Assembly (NCBI GenBank): GCA_050012475.1 | Contig: JBEKHC010000125.1 | Coordinates: 1-12,202, forward strand | Direction: 5' to 3' | Source of the DNA: Candidatus Velthaea sp. | Lineage (GTDB): Bacteria > Vulcanimicrobiota > Vulcanimicrobiia > Vulcanimicrobiales > Vulcanimicrobiaceae | Length of the DNA stretch: 12,202 bases | Part shown: piece after piece, positions 1 through 8,306 of the stretch | Position numbering within the stretch: the stretch's first letter is position 1 | How the letters are laid out: each line of letters opens with the position of its first letter | Program-made: the position numbers and the translations under genes | The notes under the pieces: generated by a model | What the model saw: the letters and a program-made list of their open reading frames with translations, nothing else | The model's database searches: none | What the model was told of the DNA's origin: nothing

Positions 1-7
1 CGGCGTC

Positions 8-2740
8 GTGTGTCGCGACTTCATCGGGCGTCGCCACGAGCTCGATTTCTTAATCGAGCAGGCGTTGCAGGCGCGCCCCGGGCGCGGTTCGACGCTGATC
101 GTACAAGGTGATGCCGGCATCGGCAAAACGCGGCTGATCGCGGAGTTCGCCGACATCGCCCGGACGCACGGGATCGTGCCGGCGATCGGCAACTGTTATG
201 AATTCGGCGATCCGCCGTACGCGCCGCTGCTCGAAATCGCCGAGATCCTCGGAGCGGACGACGCGGCTGCAGCGCTTCAAGCGCAAGCGGTTGACGGCGA
301 CGCGCGCTCGGGACGCGAGCGAACGCGCCGCTTTGCCGCCTTCGCGGCCGGACTGGCGGCGATCGCCAAAACGAAAACCGTCGTCGCCGTCATCGAGAAT
401 TTGCACTGGGCCGACATTGCGACGCTCGAACTTTTTCGCTCCTTGTCCGGCGCCCTCAAAGCGCACCCGTGCGTGCTCGTCGCAACGCTGCGTCCGGAAG
501 ACATCGGAACGTCCGGCCGGGCGACGACCGCGCTGCGCGCCGAGATCGAACGCGCCGCCGATGCGACCATTACGCTGCAGGCCCTGGGCCCCGCGGAGAT
601 GCGCGCGCTCTTGGCCTCGGCCTTGCGTGACGACGGACGGCACGTCTCATCCACGGTCTTGGAAAAGATTGCGGAACTCTCCGACGGCCGCCCGTTCCAC
701 GCCGAAGAGTTGCTGCGGGGCATGCTCGACTACCGCGGCACTGCGGCCGACGCCGCCGCGGCGATCATCCCGCGTTCGCTCGGCGCCGCCGTCCACGACC
801 GGCTCGCGTCGCTCGACGAAAGCGCGCGCGAGATCCTCGCGTTCGCCGCCGTCATCGGCCGTCGCTTCGGCGCGCAGTTTCTGGCCGAACTCGCCGCGAA
901 GCCGCTCGCCGAAGTGCTGTTGACGTTGCGGCGGGCGCGCAACCTGCAGCTCATCGTCGAAGATCCCGACGGCGACGCGTTCTTCTTTCGGCATCAGCTC
1001 ACGCGCGAAGTGGTGTACGCTGAGATTTTGTTCGCCGAGGCGCGGACGCTGCACCGGCGGATCGTCGAAGAATTGGCGGCGCAAGCGGAACCCGACGCGG
1101 CCACCGTCGCCTACCATGCATGGCGATCGGGAGATCGGCCCGCAACGGTGCGATGGAACGAAGCTGCCGGTGACGCTGCCGCCGGAATCTCCGCCCACAC
1201 CGACGCGACCCGCCACTACGAGCGCGCTTTCAACGCCGCCGACGCCGAGCACGTGCGTACCCGGCTGTCGCAAAAAGTCGCGCGCGCCTTGTACGCCGAG
1301 GGCGATCTCGAAGGGGCGGCGCGCTGGTTCGCGACGACGGTCGCGAGCGCGACGGCTGCCGGCGATCTGCCGACGGCGCACGGCGCGGCGCTGGACCGGG
1401 CGCTCGCGCTCTGGGAACACGGCGAATCCGAGGCCGGCATCGCTGCGTCGAAAGCCGTCAGCGCCGCACTTGGCGGCGACGACTCGCCGCTGCGTTTTCA
1501 GGCCGAGACCTTGACCGCCTCACTCTTGACCGCGGCTTACCGGGCCGACGAGGCCCTGGCCCATCTCGATGCTGCGAGCGCCCTCAAATGCGCCCCCGAA
1601 CCGGCCTGGGCGCTGCGGCATCGCGGCATCCGGGCCCACACGTTCGCGCGGCTCGGCCGCCTCGCCGACAGCCAAACGGACTTTGCCTTCGCGGTGGCCG
1701 GGGCACGCGAGCTGGGCGACCGCGAGCAACTCGTGCGCGCGCTCAACAACTGGGCCGACGTGCGCTTGCGCATCGGTGATCTTGCCGGCGCCAGCGAGCT
1801 GTACGCCTCGGCGCTCGACGTCGCGCGCGATCTGCGCTCCTCCCGGCTGGTCGCGTGGTTGATCGCGAACAATGCCTATGTCGCGCTCTTTACCGGCCGG
1901 CTGGCCGCCGCGCGCTCGCTGCTGCTCGAATTCCTGACCATCGATCACGACATCGAGGTCATCTGGATCCAAGGGCACGCGATCCTCTACCGTCTGGGCA
2001 CGCTCCTGGCCGACGAGTCGCTGCTGCGCTTGGCCAGTATCGACGACGCGCTCGCGCGGGCGGATGCGCTCACCGACCGCAATGCCCTCGCGCTGGCCGC
2101 CGGCGCCGCCCTCGCGCAACAGATCGTGGCCGGCGACGATCCGACGGCTTTCGCCGAACGGGTCGTCAAGCGGATCGGCGGAACCGCCGACGTGCATTGG
2201 TTCGCCGACGGCGTTGCGCGGAGCGTTCCTTCCGTTGTCCCTGCGGCGCGCGCGCTGCTCGTCGATCTGGCGGCCGATGCGCACGCCGAGGCGGCGGCGG
2301 CGCACTTGGCGCTCTTCGACGCGCGGGTTGCGCTGCGCGAGCGTCGCAAGAGCGACGCCGACCGGCTATCGCACGAAGCCGCAGTGATCTTCAAAAAGCT
2401 CGGCTGGGCGATTGAGGAAGCCTATGCGCGCGAAGTTCGCGGCAACGTGAAAGACGCCGTCGAGACCTTCCGGCGCTGCGGCGCCGTGGCAGAAGTCGGG
2501 CGGCTCACGGCGACCGACCAAAAGCAGCCCCGGCGGCGCGGTGAAACGACGCTCACGACGCGCGAACGCGAAATCGCCGGGTTGATCGGCACCGGCAAGT
2601 CCAACCGGGAGGTCGCCACCGCGCTCGTCATCAGCGAGCGGACGGTGGAAACGCACGTTGCCTCGATCTACCAGAAATTCGGCATCGGCAACCGGCGCCA
2701 ATTGGCCGCCTTGCTGGGCGACCCGGTAACACGTCAGTAG
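8..2740 (+). CDS. Large ATP-binding LuxR-family transcriptional regulator (STAND/AAA_16 ATPase + helical/TPR-like region + C-terminal LuxR HTH); true start may lie upstream of the window
   Basis: 910-aa ORF with FIGRRHEL start motif, Walker A GDAGIGKT, Walker B region VAVIENLHWAD, winged-helix motif FFFRHQLTREVVY and a C-terminal HTH LTTREREIAGLIGTGKSNREVATALVISERTVETHVASIYQKFG. The frame is open back to the window edge. Confidence 0.93.
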   Translation: MCRDFIGRRHELDFLIEQALQARPGRGSTLIVQGDAGIGKTRLIAEFADIARTHGIVPAIGNCYEFGDPPYAPLLEIAEILGADDAAAALQAQAVDGDARSGRERTRRFAAFAAGLAAIAKTKTVVAVIENLHWADIATLELFRSLSGALKAHPCVLVATLRPEDIGTSGRATTALRAEIERAADATITLQALGPAEMRALLASALRDDGRHVSSTVLEKIAELSDGRPFHAEELLRGMLDYRGTAADAAAAIIPRSLGAAVHDRLASLDESAREILAFAAVIGRRFGAQFLAELAAKPLAEVLLTLRRARNLQLIVEDPDGDAFFFRHQLTREVVYAEILFAEARTLHRRIVEELAAQAEPDAATVAYHAWRSGDRPATVRWNEAAGDAAAGISAHTDATRHYERAFNAADAEHVRTRLSQKVARALYAEGDLEGAARWFATTVASATAAGDLPTAHGAALDRALALWEHGESEAGIAASKAVSAALGGDDSPLRFQAETLTASLLTAAYRADEALAHLDAASALKCAPEPAWALRHRGIRAHTFARLGRLADSQTDFAFAVAGARELGDREQLVRALNNWADVRLRIGDLAGASELYASALDVARDLRSSRLVAWLIANNAYVALFTGRLAAARSLLLEFLTIDHDIEVIWIQGHAILYRLGTLLADESLLRLASIDDALARADALTDRNALALAAGAALAQQIVAGDDPTAFAERVVKRIGGTADVHWFADGVARSVPSVVPAARALLVDLAADAHAEAAAAHLALFDARVALRERRKSDADRLSHEAAVIFKKLGWAIEEAYAREVRGNVKDAVETFRRCGAVAEVGRLTATDQKQPRRRGETTLTTREREIAGLIGTGKSNREVATALVISERTVETHVASIYQKFGIGNRRQLAALLGDPVTRQ

Positions 2741-2754
2741 TCGGTGCGCGAAAC

Positions 2755-2771
2755 TCCGTACCGCCAACGGA
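2755..2771. promoter_or_regulatory. Candidate activator-binding inverted repeat TCCGT-N7-ACGGA
   Basis: Perfect 5-bp inverted repeat starting 15 bp after the regulator stop, centred at 2763, about -44 from the putative start at 2807. Confidence 0.5.
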
Positions 2772-2794
2772 TACACGGCGGCCCGAACGCCGCG

Positions 2795-2800
2795 TACGCT
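2795..2800 (+). promoter_or_regulatory. Putative -10 element TACGCT of a leaderless promoter
   Basis: TAnnnT hexamer followed by 6 nt and then ATG at 2807. No consensus -35, consistent with activator dependence. Confidence 0.45.
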
Positions 2801-2806
2801 CGGGGA

Positions 2807-2878
2807 ATGAATCGTCTCGCCGTACTCCGTCTCGCCGAGCCGCGAAGACGCTCACTCCTCGCGGGCAGGGCACCCTGA
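2807..2878 (+). CDS. Putative 23-aa leaderless micro-ORF (MNRLAVLRLAEPRRRSLLAGRAP)
   Basis: ATG at 2807 with leaderless geometry. Its TGA (2876-2878) overlaps the next ATG (TGATG). It is too short to appear in the ORF track. Confidence 0.35.
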   Translation: MNRLAVLRLAEPRRRSLLAGRAP

Positions 2879-3126
2879 TGCCGTTCTCGATGCCGATGTG
2901 GCCGCTCGTCCTGAGCGCCGTTCCCAGCGCGGCAATCCCGGGCACGGCAATCGAAACCGGCAAGGCCGTTCGGCGACGTTGGCTCATCGTCGATGACAAT
3001 GTCCGAATCGAGGTCGAGGAGCCCGAGTTTCAGGCTGCGGCCGGCGCGAGCAGCCGGGTCGAAGTTGAGCGCGACCCGCACGGACGGGTGGTCACAAGCG
3101 TTTGCTTCCGCGCAGCGCCTCGCTAA
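2878..3126 (+). CDS. Small hypothetical protein (82 aa)
   Basis: Fills the gap between the regulator and the convergent ispF, stopping 21 bp before the ispF stop. The C-terminal half has beta-strand-like patterning (RWLIVDDNVRIEVE, RVEVERD, RVVTSVCF). Confidence 0.55.
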   Translation: MPFSMPMWPLVLSAVPSAAIPGTAIETGKAVRRRWLIVDDNVRIEVEEPEFQAAAGASSRVEVERDPHGRVVTSVCFRAAPR

Positions 3127-3147
3127 GGCCGGTGGCCCCTCACTCGG

Positions 3148-3642
3148 TCAAGGACCGGAGACGGCGCGCTCGCGCGTAACGAGCGCGACGGCATAGGCCG
3201 CGATGCCCGAGCCGTCGCCCGTGTACCCAAGTCCCTCGCTGGTTTTCGCCTTGACGCTGACGCGGCCGATATCGACGGCGAGCACCTCGGCGATCCGCTC
3301 GCGAATGTCGTCCAAAAACGGTGCGAGCTTCGGTTTTTGGACGACCACGGTCGCATCGACGTTGGCCAGGGTGAACCCGTGCCGTACGGTCAATTCGTGC
3401 ACCGCGCCCAGCAGGCGCATCGAATCGGCGCCTTTCCACTGCGGATCGGTATCGGGAAAATGGCCGCCCAGATCGCCCAGCGCGCACGCCCCGAGCAGCG
3501 CATCGCTGATCGCATGGGCCAAGACGTCGGCGTCGCTGTGCCCGAGCGGACCGGTCTCGTGCGGGATCGTGACCCCGCCCAGAATGAAGGGCCGGCCCTC
3601 GACGAGGCGGTGAACGTCGAAACCGTGACCGACGCGCGTCAT
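3148..3642 (-). CDS. ispF: 2-C-methyl-D-erythritol 2,4-cyclodiphosphate synthase
   Basis: Start reassigned to ATG at 3642 ([11 protein letters not shown]), giving an ATGA overlap with the ispD stop. Motifs GHSDADVLAHAISDALLGA, DLGGHFPD and VSVKAKTSEGLG. Confidence 0.97.
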   Translation of the reverse strand: MTRVGHGFDVHRLVEGRPFILGGVTIPHETGPLGHSDADVLAHAISDALLGACALGDLGGHFPDTDPQWKGADSMRLLGAVHELTVRHGFTLANVDATVVVQKPKLAPFLDDIRERIAEVLAVDIGRVSVKAKTSEGLGYTGDGSGIAAYAVALVTRERAVSGP

Positions 3643-4577
3643 GCGTGCGCCGCCAGATGCGAGAGGTGGGTCGTGAACACCGCGTCTTCTCCCGCCAGCG
3701 CGTGCAGCCGCCGGCCGAATCCGCGCAGTTGATCGCTGCCGACGTACGCCCGGATCGCGACCGCCGCGGGTAAATCGCGATCGATCGCGTCGATGTGCGC
3801 GTTGCGCGACTCGAGTTCGCTCAACACCGCGTCGACCGCACCGCCGGGAACATAGCACTCGACGATGAGAATTTCGGTCTCATCGACCGAAAACGGTCCG
3901 CGCTCGCGCAGCACGGCCTCGGCGCGCGCAAGATCGCCGGGCAGCGTCACCTTGAAGTTATCGGCCGACGCCTCCACCACCGTGACGATGACGCCGCCTC
4001 GTTCGAGCAAGGCGGCATCGTCGGTTGCGGGCGGCCAAGCAAATCGTTCAGCGTCGGCATGGACCCGGCGCAAATCGCGCGCAGCGGCAAACTGGGGCGT
4101 TTGCGCCGCCCACAGCGTCGAGCGGTCGAGCGTCCGCGTCACCCGGCGGTCGGGGTCGACGACCTTGATGGTATCGATCACCGGTGCGGCGAGCAGCGAC
4201 GCGCTGCCCGGGCGCACGGCGCGCATCCCTGCCCGAATTTCGTGCGCGCGCACCAGCGGCCGCGCGCCGTCGTGCACCAGAATTCCGGCGCAATGATCGG
4301 GCAGCGCCGCGACGCCGAGCCGCACACTGTCCTGACGCGTCGCACCGCCGTGCACGATGCGCGGCTCGAGCGAACCGCTGAACGGCGCGATCGCGAGTTC
4401 CATCAGTTCGATGAACTCGCCCTCGGTCACGACCACGAGCTCGACGATTTCGGGCATCGCCGCAAGCGTTTGCACCGACCATGCCACCACGGGCTTTCCG
4501 CCCAGCTCCAGGAGCTGCTTGGGTCGCCCGAACCGCGTCCCGCGGCCGGCCGCGACGATCACCGCTCCCCAGATCAC
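3639..4577 (-). CDS. ispD: 2-C-methyl-D-erythritol 4-phosphate cytidylyltransferase with an extra C-terminal EF-G domain V-like domain
   Basis: Motifs [35 protein letters not shown] and NFKVT..DL. The core ends near aa 226 and is followed by ~85 extra residues. Confidence 0.96.
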   Translation of the reverse strand: MIWGAVIVAAGRGTRFGRPKQLLELGGKPVVAWSVQTLAAMPEIVELVVVTEGEFIELMELAIAPFSGSLEPRIVHGGATRQDSVRLGVAALPDHCAGILVHDGARPLVRAHEIRAGMRAVRPGSASLLAAPVIDTIKVVDPDRRVTRTLDRSTLWAAQTPQFAAARDLRRVHADAERFAWPPATDDAALLERGGVIVTVVEASADNFKVTLPGDLARAEAVLRERGPFSVDETEILIVECYVPGGAVDAVLSELESRNAHIDAIDRDLPAAVAIRAYVGSDQLRGFGRRLHALAGEDAVFTTHLSHLAAHA

Positions 4578-5689
4578 GCGCGCTTGGTCCGCGCGAAGAT
4601 CATCCGCCCAGCCATCGTCTGCAGCGCGCTCGTCACCGACACTTCGACGGTTTCGCCGATGAGCCGTCGGCCGTTCTCGATCACGATCATCGTCCCGTCG
4701 TCGAGATAGCCCACGCCCTGATGCGGCTCTTTGCCTTCTTTGATCACCGCCACGCGCAGTTCTTCACCCGGCAGCAGCACGGGTTTGACCGCGTTCGCCA
4801 GTTCGTTGATGTTGAGCACCGCAACCCCTTCGACGTGCGCGACCCGATTGAGGTTGAAATCGTTGGTGACCAGCTTCCCGCCGCGCTCCTGGGCTAGGCG
4901 CACGAGTTTGGCGTCGACTTGCGTGATGTCGTCGAAATCGCGTTCGACGATTTCGAGCGTTGCGACTTGCTGCAGTTTGGTAAGCACGTCCAAGCCGCGC
5001 CGGCCGCGCGTGCGTTTGAGCGAGTCGCCCGAATCCGCGATGAGCTGCAGTTCGCGCAGCACGAACCGCGGCAAGACCAGCGGTCCTTCCAGAAATCCGG
5101 CCTGCACGATCTCGAGGATGCGGCCGTCGATGATGACCGACGTATCGATGATCTTCGCCACGCCGCCAGCCGGCGCGGACGCCGTGCTGCGCGCGAAACC
5201 GCCCAGCGTCACGCGCTGCTTGGCGCCGACGCGCGCGCCCAAGTACGCGGCGAACAAGCTGATGACCAGATACAAGACGATCGCGATGTAGCCGCCGGTC
5301 GGACCGGCGAACGTGATGAACTCGAAGAGCACGCTCTTGGCCAGAAACGCGATGACCAAGCCGGTCGTCAATCCGATTGCGCCGCCGACGAGTTCACCGG
5401 GCGCAAGCCGTTCGATGCCGCGTTCGACAGTCGCCAACTCGGCCTCGAAGAGCGCCTGAGCGGCGGGCACCAAAAATACGCCGGCCACCGCGCCGACGAC
5501 CGGCGCGCCGAGCAGCAACGCGACTTGCCAGAATTGGCTGGCCACGTGGATCGAAATCGCGTGCGTATAGGCCTCGCGGCCGAGCAAGAACCCGGTTGTG
5601 CCGAAGATCGCCGCGAAGATGAGGCGCAGCAGCGCAGCCGCTGCGCGCGCGCCGGGATTACCGCCCGCCGAGAAATGCACCGCAAACAT
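4574..5689 (-). CDS. yacL: Membrane-anchored PIN/TRAM domain protein (YacL-like); start uncertain
   Basis: N-terminal hydrophobic helices; PIN motifs [34 protein letters not shown] region [20 protein letters not shown]...TMAGRMIFA. Sits directly upstream of ispD-ispF as in Bacillota, with a 4-bp overlap with ispD. Confidence 0.92.
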   Translation of the reverse strand: MFAVHFSAGGNPGARAAAALLRLIFAAIFGTTGFLLGREAYTHAISIHVASQFWQVALLLGAPVVGAVAGVFLVPAAQALFEAELATVERGIERLAPGELVGGAIGLTTGLVIAFLAKSVLFEFITFAGPTGGYIAIVLYLVISLFAAYLGARVGAKQRVTLGGFARSTASAPAGGVAKIIDTSVIIDGRILEIVQAGFLEGPLVLPRFVLRELQLIADSGDSLKRTRGRRGLDVLTKLQQVATLEIVERDFDDITQVDAKLVRLAQERGGKLVTNDFNLNRVAHVEGVAVLNINELANAVKPVLLPGEELRVAVIKEGKEPHQGVGYLDDGTMIVIENGRRLIGETVEVSVTSALQTMAGRMIFARTKRA

Positions 5690-6791
5690 CGTTGGCGAGA
5701 TAGCGTCCGCGTTCCGTCAATTGCACGCGCTCGCCAGCGACGTGCAGCATCCCCGCCGCCGTCAGGTCGGCGATCACGGTGCGGTAGCGGACATGGAAAT
5801 CGACGTCGTAGCGTTCGCGAAACTCGCGCGTGTCGACTCCTTCGAGCGTGCGCAGCGCGAGCATCGTCGCTTCGCCCGTGCGCTCGTCGCCGACGAGCCG
5901 CTCGCTTTCGCCGGGCACCGCCGTGCCCGCGAGCGCCGAGCTGCAATACGTTTCCAAGTCGCGCGTATGCGTCGAGCGCACGCCGTCGATGTACGAGGCG
6001 GCCCCGACGCCCAGGCCCACGTAGCTGCCGTTGCGCCAATAGTTCGCGTTGTGGGCGCAGCGATAGCCTGGGCGGGCGAAGTTCGAGATTTCGTAGTGCT
6101 CGAAACCGGCGCGCGCAGCCCGTTCGATCGCGATGGCATACAGGCGCGCTTCGCGATCGTCGTCGAAAAACGCCGCAGGATCGCGCGCGAACCATTTCGC
6201 GTACGGCGTATCCGCTTCGATGGTGAGCCCGTAGGTCGACAGGTGGTCGATCCCCAACGCCAGCGCGCGCTCGAGCGAGTCGCGCCACGACGCTTCGCTT
6301 TGCCCGGGAACGCCGAACATCAAATCGATGCTGACGTTGGCGAAGCCGGCCGCACGCGCTCGCGCGACGACCGTTTCGGCGTCGCGCGCGGTGTGGCGGC
6401 GGCCCAGCGCGCGCAATTCGTTCGGCGCGAACGATTGGACGCCAATCGACAAGCGGTTCACGCCGGCCGCTCGCAACGCCGGCAGTTCCTCGCACAGGCC
6501 CGGATCGGGGTTGATTTCGACGGAAATTTCGCCGTCGGGCGGGATCGCAAAGCGCGCGCGAAGCGCCTCGATCAGCGCTGCGATCGTCGATGCGGGATAC
6601 GTGTTGGGCGTGCCGCCGCCGAAAAAGATCGTCGCGCCGCGAACCTCGGGCGCCGCGTCGATCTCGGCGCGCAGGGCCTGCAGATAGCGTTCGGCACGCT
6701 GCGGCGCGTACGCCCACTTCGCGAAATCGCAGTACGGGCAAACGTACGGACAAAACGGCAAATGGACGTAAATACCCGTTCGCGCGAGCAT
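5658..6791 (-). CDS. hemW: Radical SAM heme chaperone HemW (HemN-like)
   Basis: [16 protein letters not shown] (CxxxCxxC), [25 protein letters not shown] and the HemW-type HNxxYW (HNANYW). ATG at 6791 is preferred over the ORF-track start at 6908 because the conserved region begins there. Confidence 0.93.
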   Translation of the reverse strand: MLARTGIYVHLPFCPYVCPYCDFAKWAYAPQRAERYLQALRAEIDAAPEVRGATIFFGGGTPNTYPASTIAALIEALRARFAIPPDGEISVEINPDPGLCEELPALRAAGVNRLSIGVQSFAPNELRALGRRHTARDAETVVARARAAGFANVSIDLMFGVPGQSEASWRDSLERALALGIDHLSTYGLTIEADTPYAKWFARDPAAFFDDDREARLYAIAIERAARAGFEHYEISNFARPGYRCAHNANYWRNGSYVGLGVGAASYIDGVRSTHTRDLETYCSSALAGTAVPGESERLVGDERTGEATMLALRTLEGVDTREFRERYDVDFHVRYRTVIADLTAAGMLHVAGERVQLTERGRYLANDVCGAFLGGR

Positions 6792-6798
6792 CGTCCTA

Positions 6799-6908
6799 GA
6801 CGACTGCGCTACGCGCAGTCCGTCGCGTTTGGGCTGCGCGGGTGTACCGAGCGAAGCCGAGGCACACCCATAATCCGCCCGTCGTCGTATGTCTGAGAGG
6901 TCAGACAC
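6799..6908 (-). other. Structured intergenic region with three stem-loops between plsX and hemW
   Basis: + strand coordinates: GACTGCGC-TAC-GCGCAGTC (6802-6820), GGGTGT..ACACCC (6840-6869; a 9-bp stem on the minus strand with one G-U) and TGTCTGA-N4-TCAGACA (6890-6907). Confidence 0.6.
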
Positions 6909-6910
6909 TC

Positions 6911-7930
6911 CTAGGCGCTGACTTTCTCGACGCTCGCGGCGATCGCGCCGACGAGATCGGCGCCGGCTTCGAGCGCGGCGGCTTTGATCGCGTTGCGGAT
7001 CGCGTTGCGATTCGAGCGGCCGTGCGCCACGATGCAGTTGCCGTGTACACCCAGCAGCGGCGCGCCGCCGTACGTGTCGTAGTCGAGTTTCTTCTTCATA
7101 ACGGCGAACGCCGGACGGGCCAGCATGCCGCCGAGCTTCGCGGTCGGCGACGCGCTGGCGAACGCTTCGGACAAACTCACTTGAAAGAACGCGGCGACGC
7201 CTTCGGCTAACTTGAGCATGACGTTGCCGACGAATCCGTCGGCGACCACCACGTCGGCGACCGACGCGAGCACGTCTTTGCCCTCGATGTTGCCGATGAA
7301 GTTGAGCGGCGCGCGCGCCAGCAAGCCCGCGGCTTCAATCGATTGGGCGTTGCCCTTGTTGCGTTCTTCACCGTTGGAGATGATGCCGACGCGCGGATTG
7401 GCAACCCCCAGCGCGGCGTGCGCGTAGGCCGAACCCATCAGACCGAACTGCATCATCCATTCCGGCCGGCAGTCGACGTTGGCCCCGGCATCGACGAGCA
7501 CGACCGGCCCGGTCTTGCCCGGCAGGACCGCCGCGATCGCCGGCCGCGCGATCCCCGGGATCGTCCGCAGCCGGATGAGGGCGATGGCCAGGAAGGCCCC
7601 GCTGTTCCCGGCCGAGACGACGGCATCCGCGCTGCCCCCGCGGACCAGCTCGACCGCTTCGCCCAGGCTGGTCCCGGTGGCGTTGCGGACCGCTTGCGAG
7701 GCCGGCGCGTCCATCGCGATTTGGCTCGCGGCGTGGACGATTTCGATCTGCGAGCAGCCGCGCGCGTGCAGCAGCGGCGCGATCCGCTCGCGGTCGCCGA
7801 CTAGGATCATCCGGCCCAGCCCGTCCCGGTGGGCCAGGATCGTGCCTTCCACGATCTCGCCGGGCGCGTCGTCCCCGCCCATGGCATCGATCGCGATCCG
7901 CGGCTTCCCAGGAATCTTATCGGCGCTCAC
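6911..7930 (-). CDS. plsX: Phosphate acyltransferase PlsX
   Basis: Motifs IAIDAMGGD, VSAGNSGA, GIARPA, DAGAN, GNIEGKD, DGFVGN..LK..EG, GGAPLLGV and HGRS; 339 aa. Confidence 0.97.
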   Translation of the reverse strand: MSADKIPGKPRIAIDAMGGDDAPGEIVEGTILAHRDGLGRMILVGDRERIAPLLHARGCSQIEIVHAASQIAMDAPASQAVRNATGTSLGEAVELVRGGSADAVVSAGNSGAFLAIALIRLRTIPGIARPAIAAVLPGKTGPVVLVDAGANVDCRPEWMMQFGLMGSAYAHAALGVANPRVGIISNGEERNKGNAQSIEAAGLLARAPLNFIGNIEGKDVLASVADVVVADGFVGNVMLKLAEGVAAFFQVSLSEAFASASPTAKLGGMLARPAFAVMKKKLDYDTYGGAPLLGVHGNCIVAHGRSNRNAIRNAIKAAALEAGADLVGAIAASVEKVSA

Positions 7931-7990
7931 ACCGGCTCACGGTTCGCCGATTTCGGCTGCATACCGCTCGATTTCCGGCCCGGGCGTGCC

Positions 7991-8019
7991 TTGCCAGGGC
8001 TCGGAGCGCATGATACACT
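7991..8019 (+). promoter_or_regulatory. Sigma70-type promoter of rpmB
   Basis: TTGCCA (7991-7996), 17-bp spacer, extended -10 TGaTACACT (8011-8019). ATG follows 9 nt later with no Shine-Dalgarno sequence. Confidence 0.75.
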
Positions 8020-8028
8020 CCCTCCGTT

Positions 8029-8217
8029 ATGGCCAAACGATGCGACGTGTGCGGTAAGGGCCCGATGGCGGGTAATAACGTCAGCCACGCGATGAACAAA
8101 ACCAAGCGGCGCTGGCTGCCGAACCTTCAGGCAGTCCGGATCGACGACCGCGGCACTCATGTGACGGCGCGCGTCTGCACCAGCTGCCTGCGCAGCCGAC
8201 GAGTCAAGCGAGCTTAG
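8029..8217 (+). CDS. rpmB: 50S ribosomal protein L28 (zinc-ribbon, C+ form)
   Basis: [34 protein letters not shown]...VCTSCLRS, with two CxxC pairs. Confidence 0.98.
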   Translation: MAKRCDVCGKGPMAGNNVSHAMNKTKRRWLPNLQAVRIDDRGTHVTARVCTSCLRSRRVKRA

Positions 8218-8279
8218 CCGACTCGCCCCCGCTGGGCTGCTTTTCGCACAGCCCCGCACGCCTAAGCCTCGAATTTTCA

Positions 8280-8306
8280 GTCGCTTTAACAAAGCGGCCG
8301 TTTTTT
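8280..8306 (+). terminator. Possible intrinsic terminator after rpmB
   Basis: GTCGCTTT-AAC-AAAGCGGC hairpin (one G-U) followed by CG and a T6 run (8301-8306). Confidence 0.45.

Noticed and set aside
3643..3858. N-terminal extension of the ispF ORF in the ORF track (start 3858)
   Set aside because: It overlaps ispD in another frame and is Arg-rich and non-homologous. ATG 3642 gives the canonical IspF start and an ATGA overlap.
3148..4577. Bifunctional IspDF fusion or programmed frameshift
   Set aside because: The two ORFs are in different frames with a normal stop/start overlap, and the IspD extension is not IspF-like.
4919..6896. Long alternative-frame and antisense ORFs (4919-6226, 5368-6753, 5598-6896) and similar ORFs over other genes
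   Set aside because: Typical shadow ORFs of GC-rich coding DNA, Arg/Ala/Pro-rich and overlapping well-supported genes.
6792..6908. 39-aa N-terminal extension of HemW
   Set aside because: It does not resemble HemW, the AGGAG directly abuts the GTG (unusable spacing), and the region is better explained as structured non-coding sequence.
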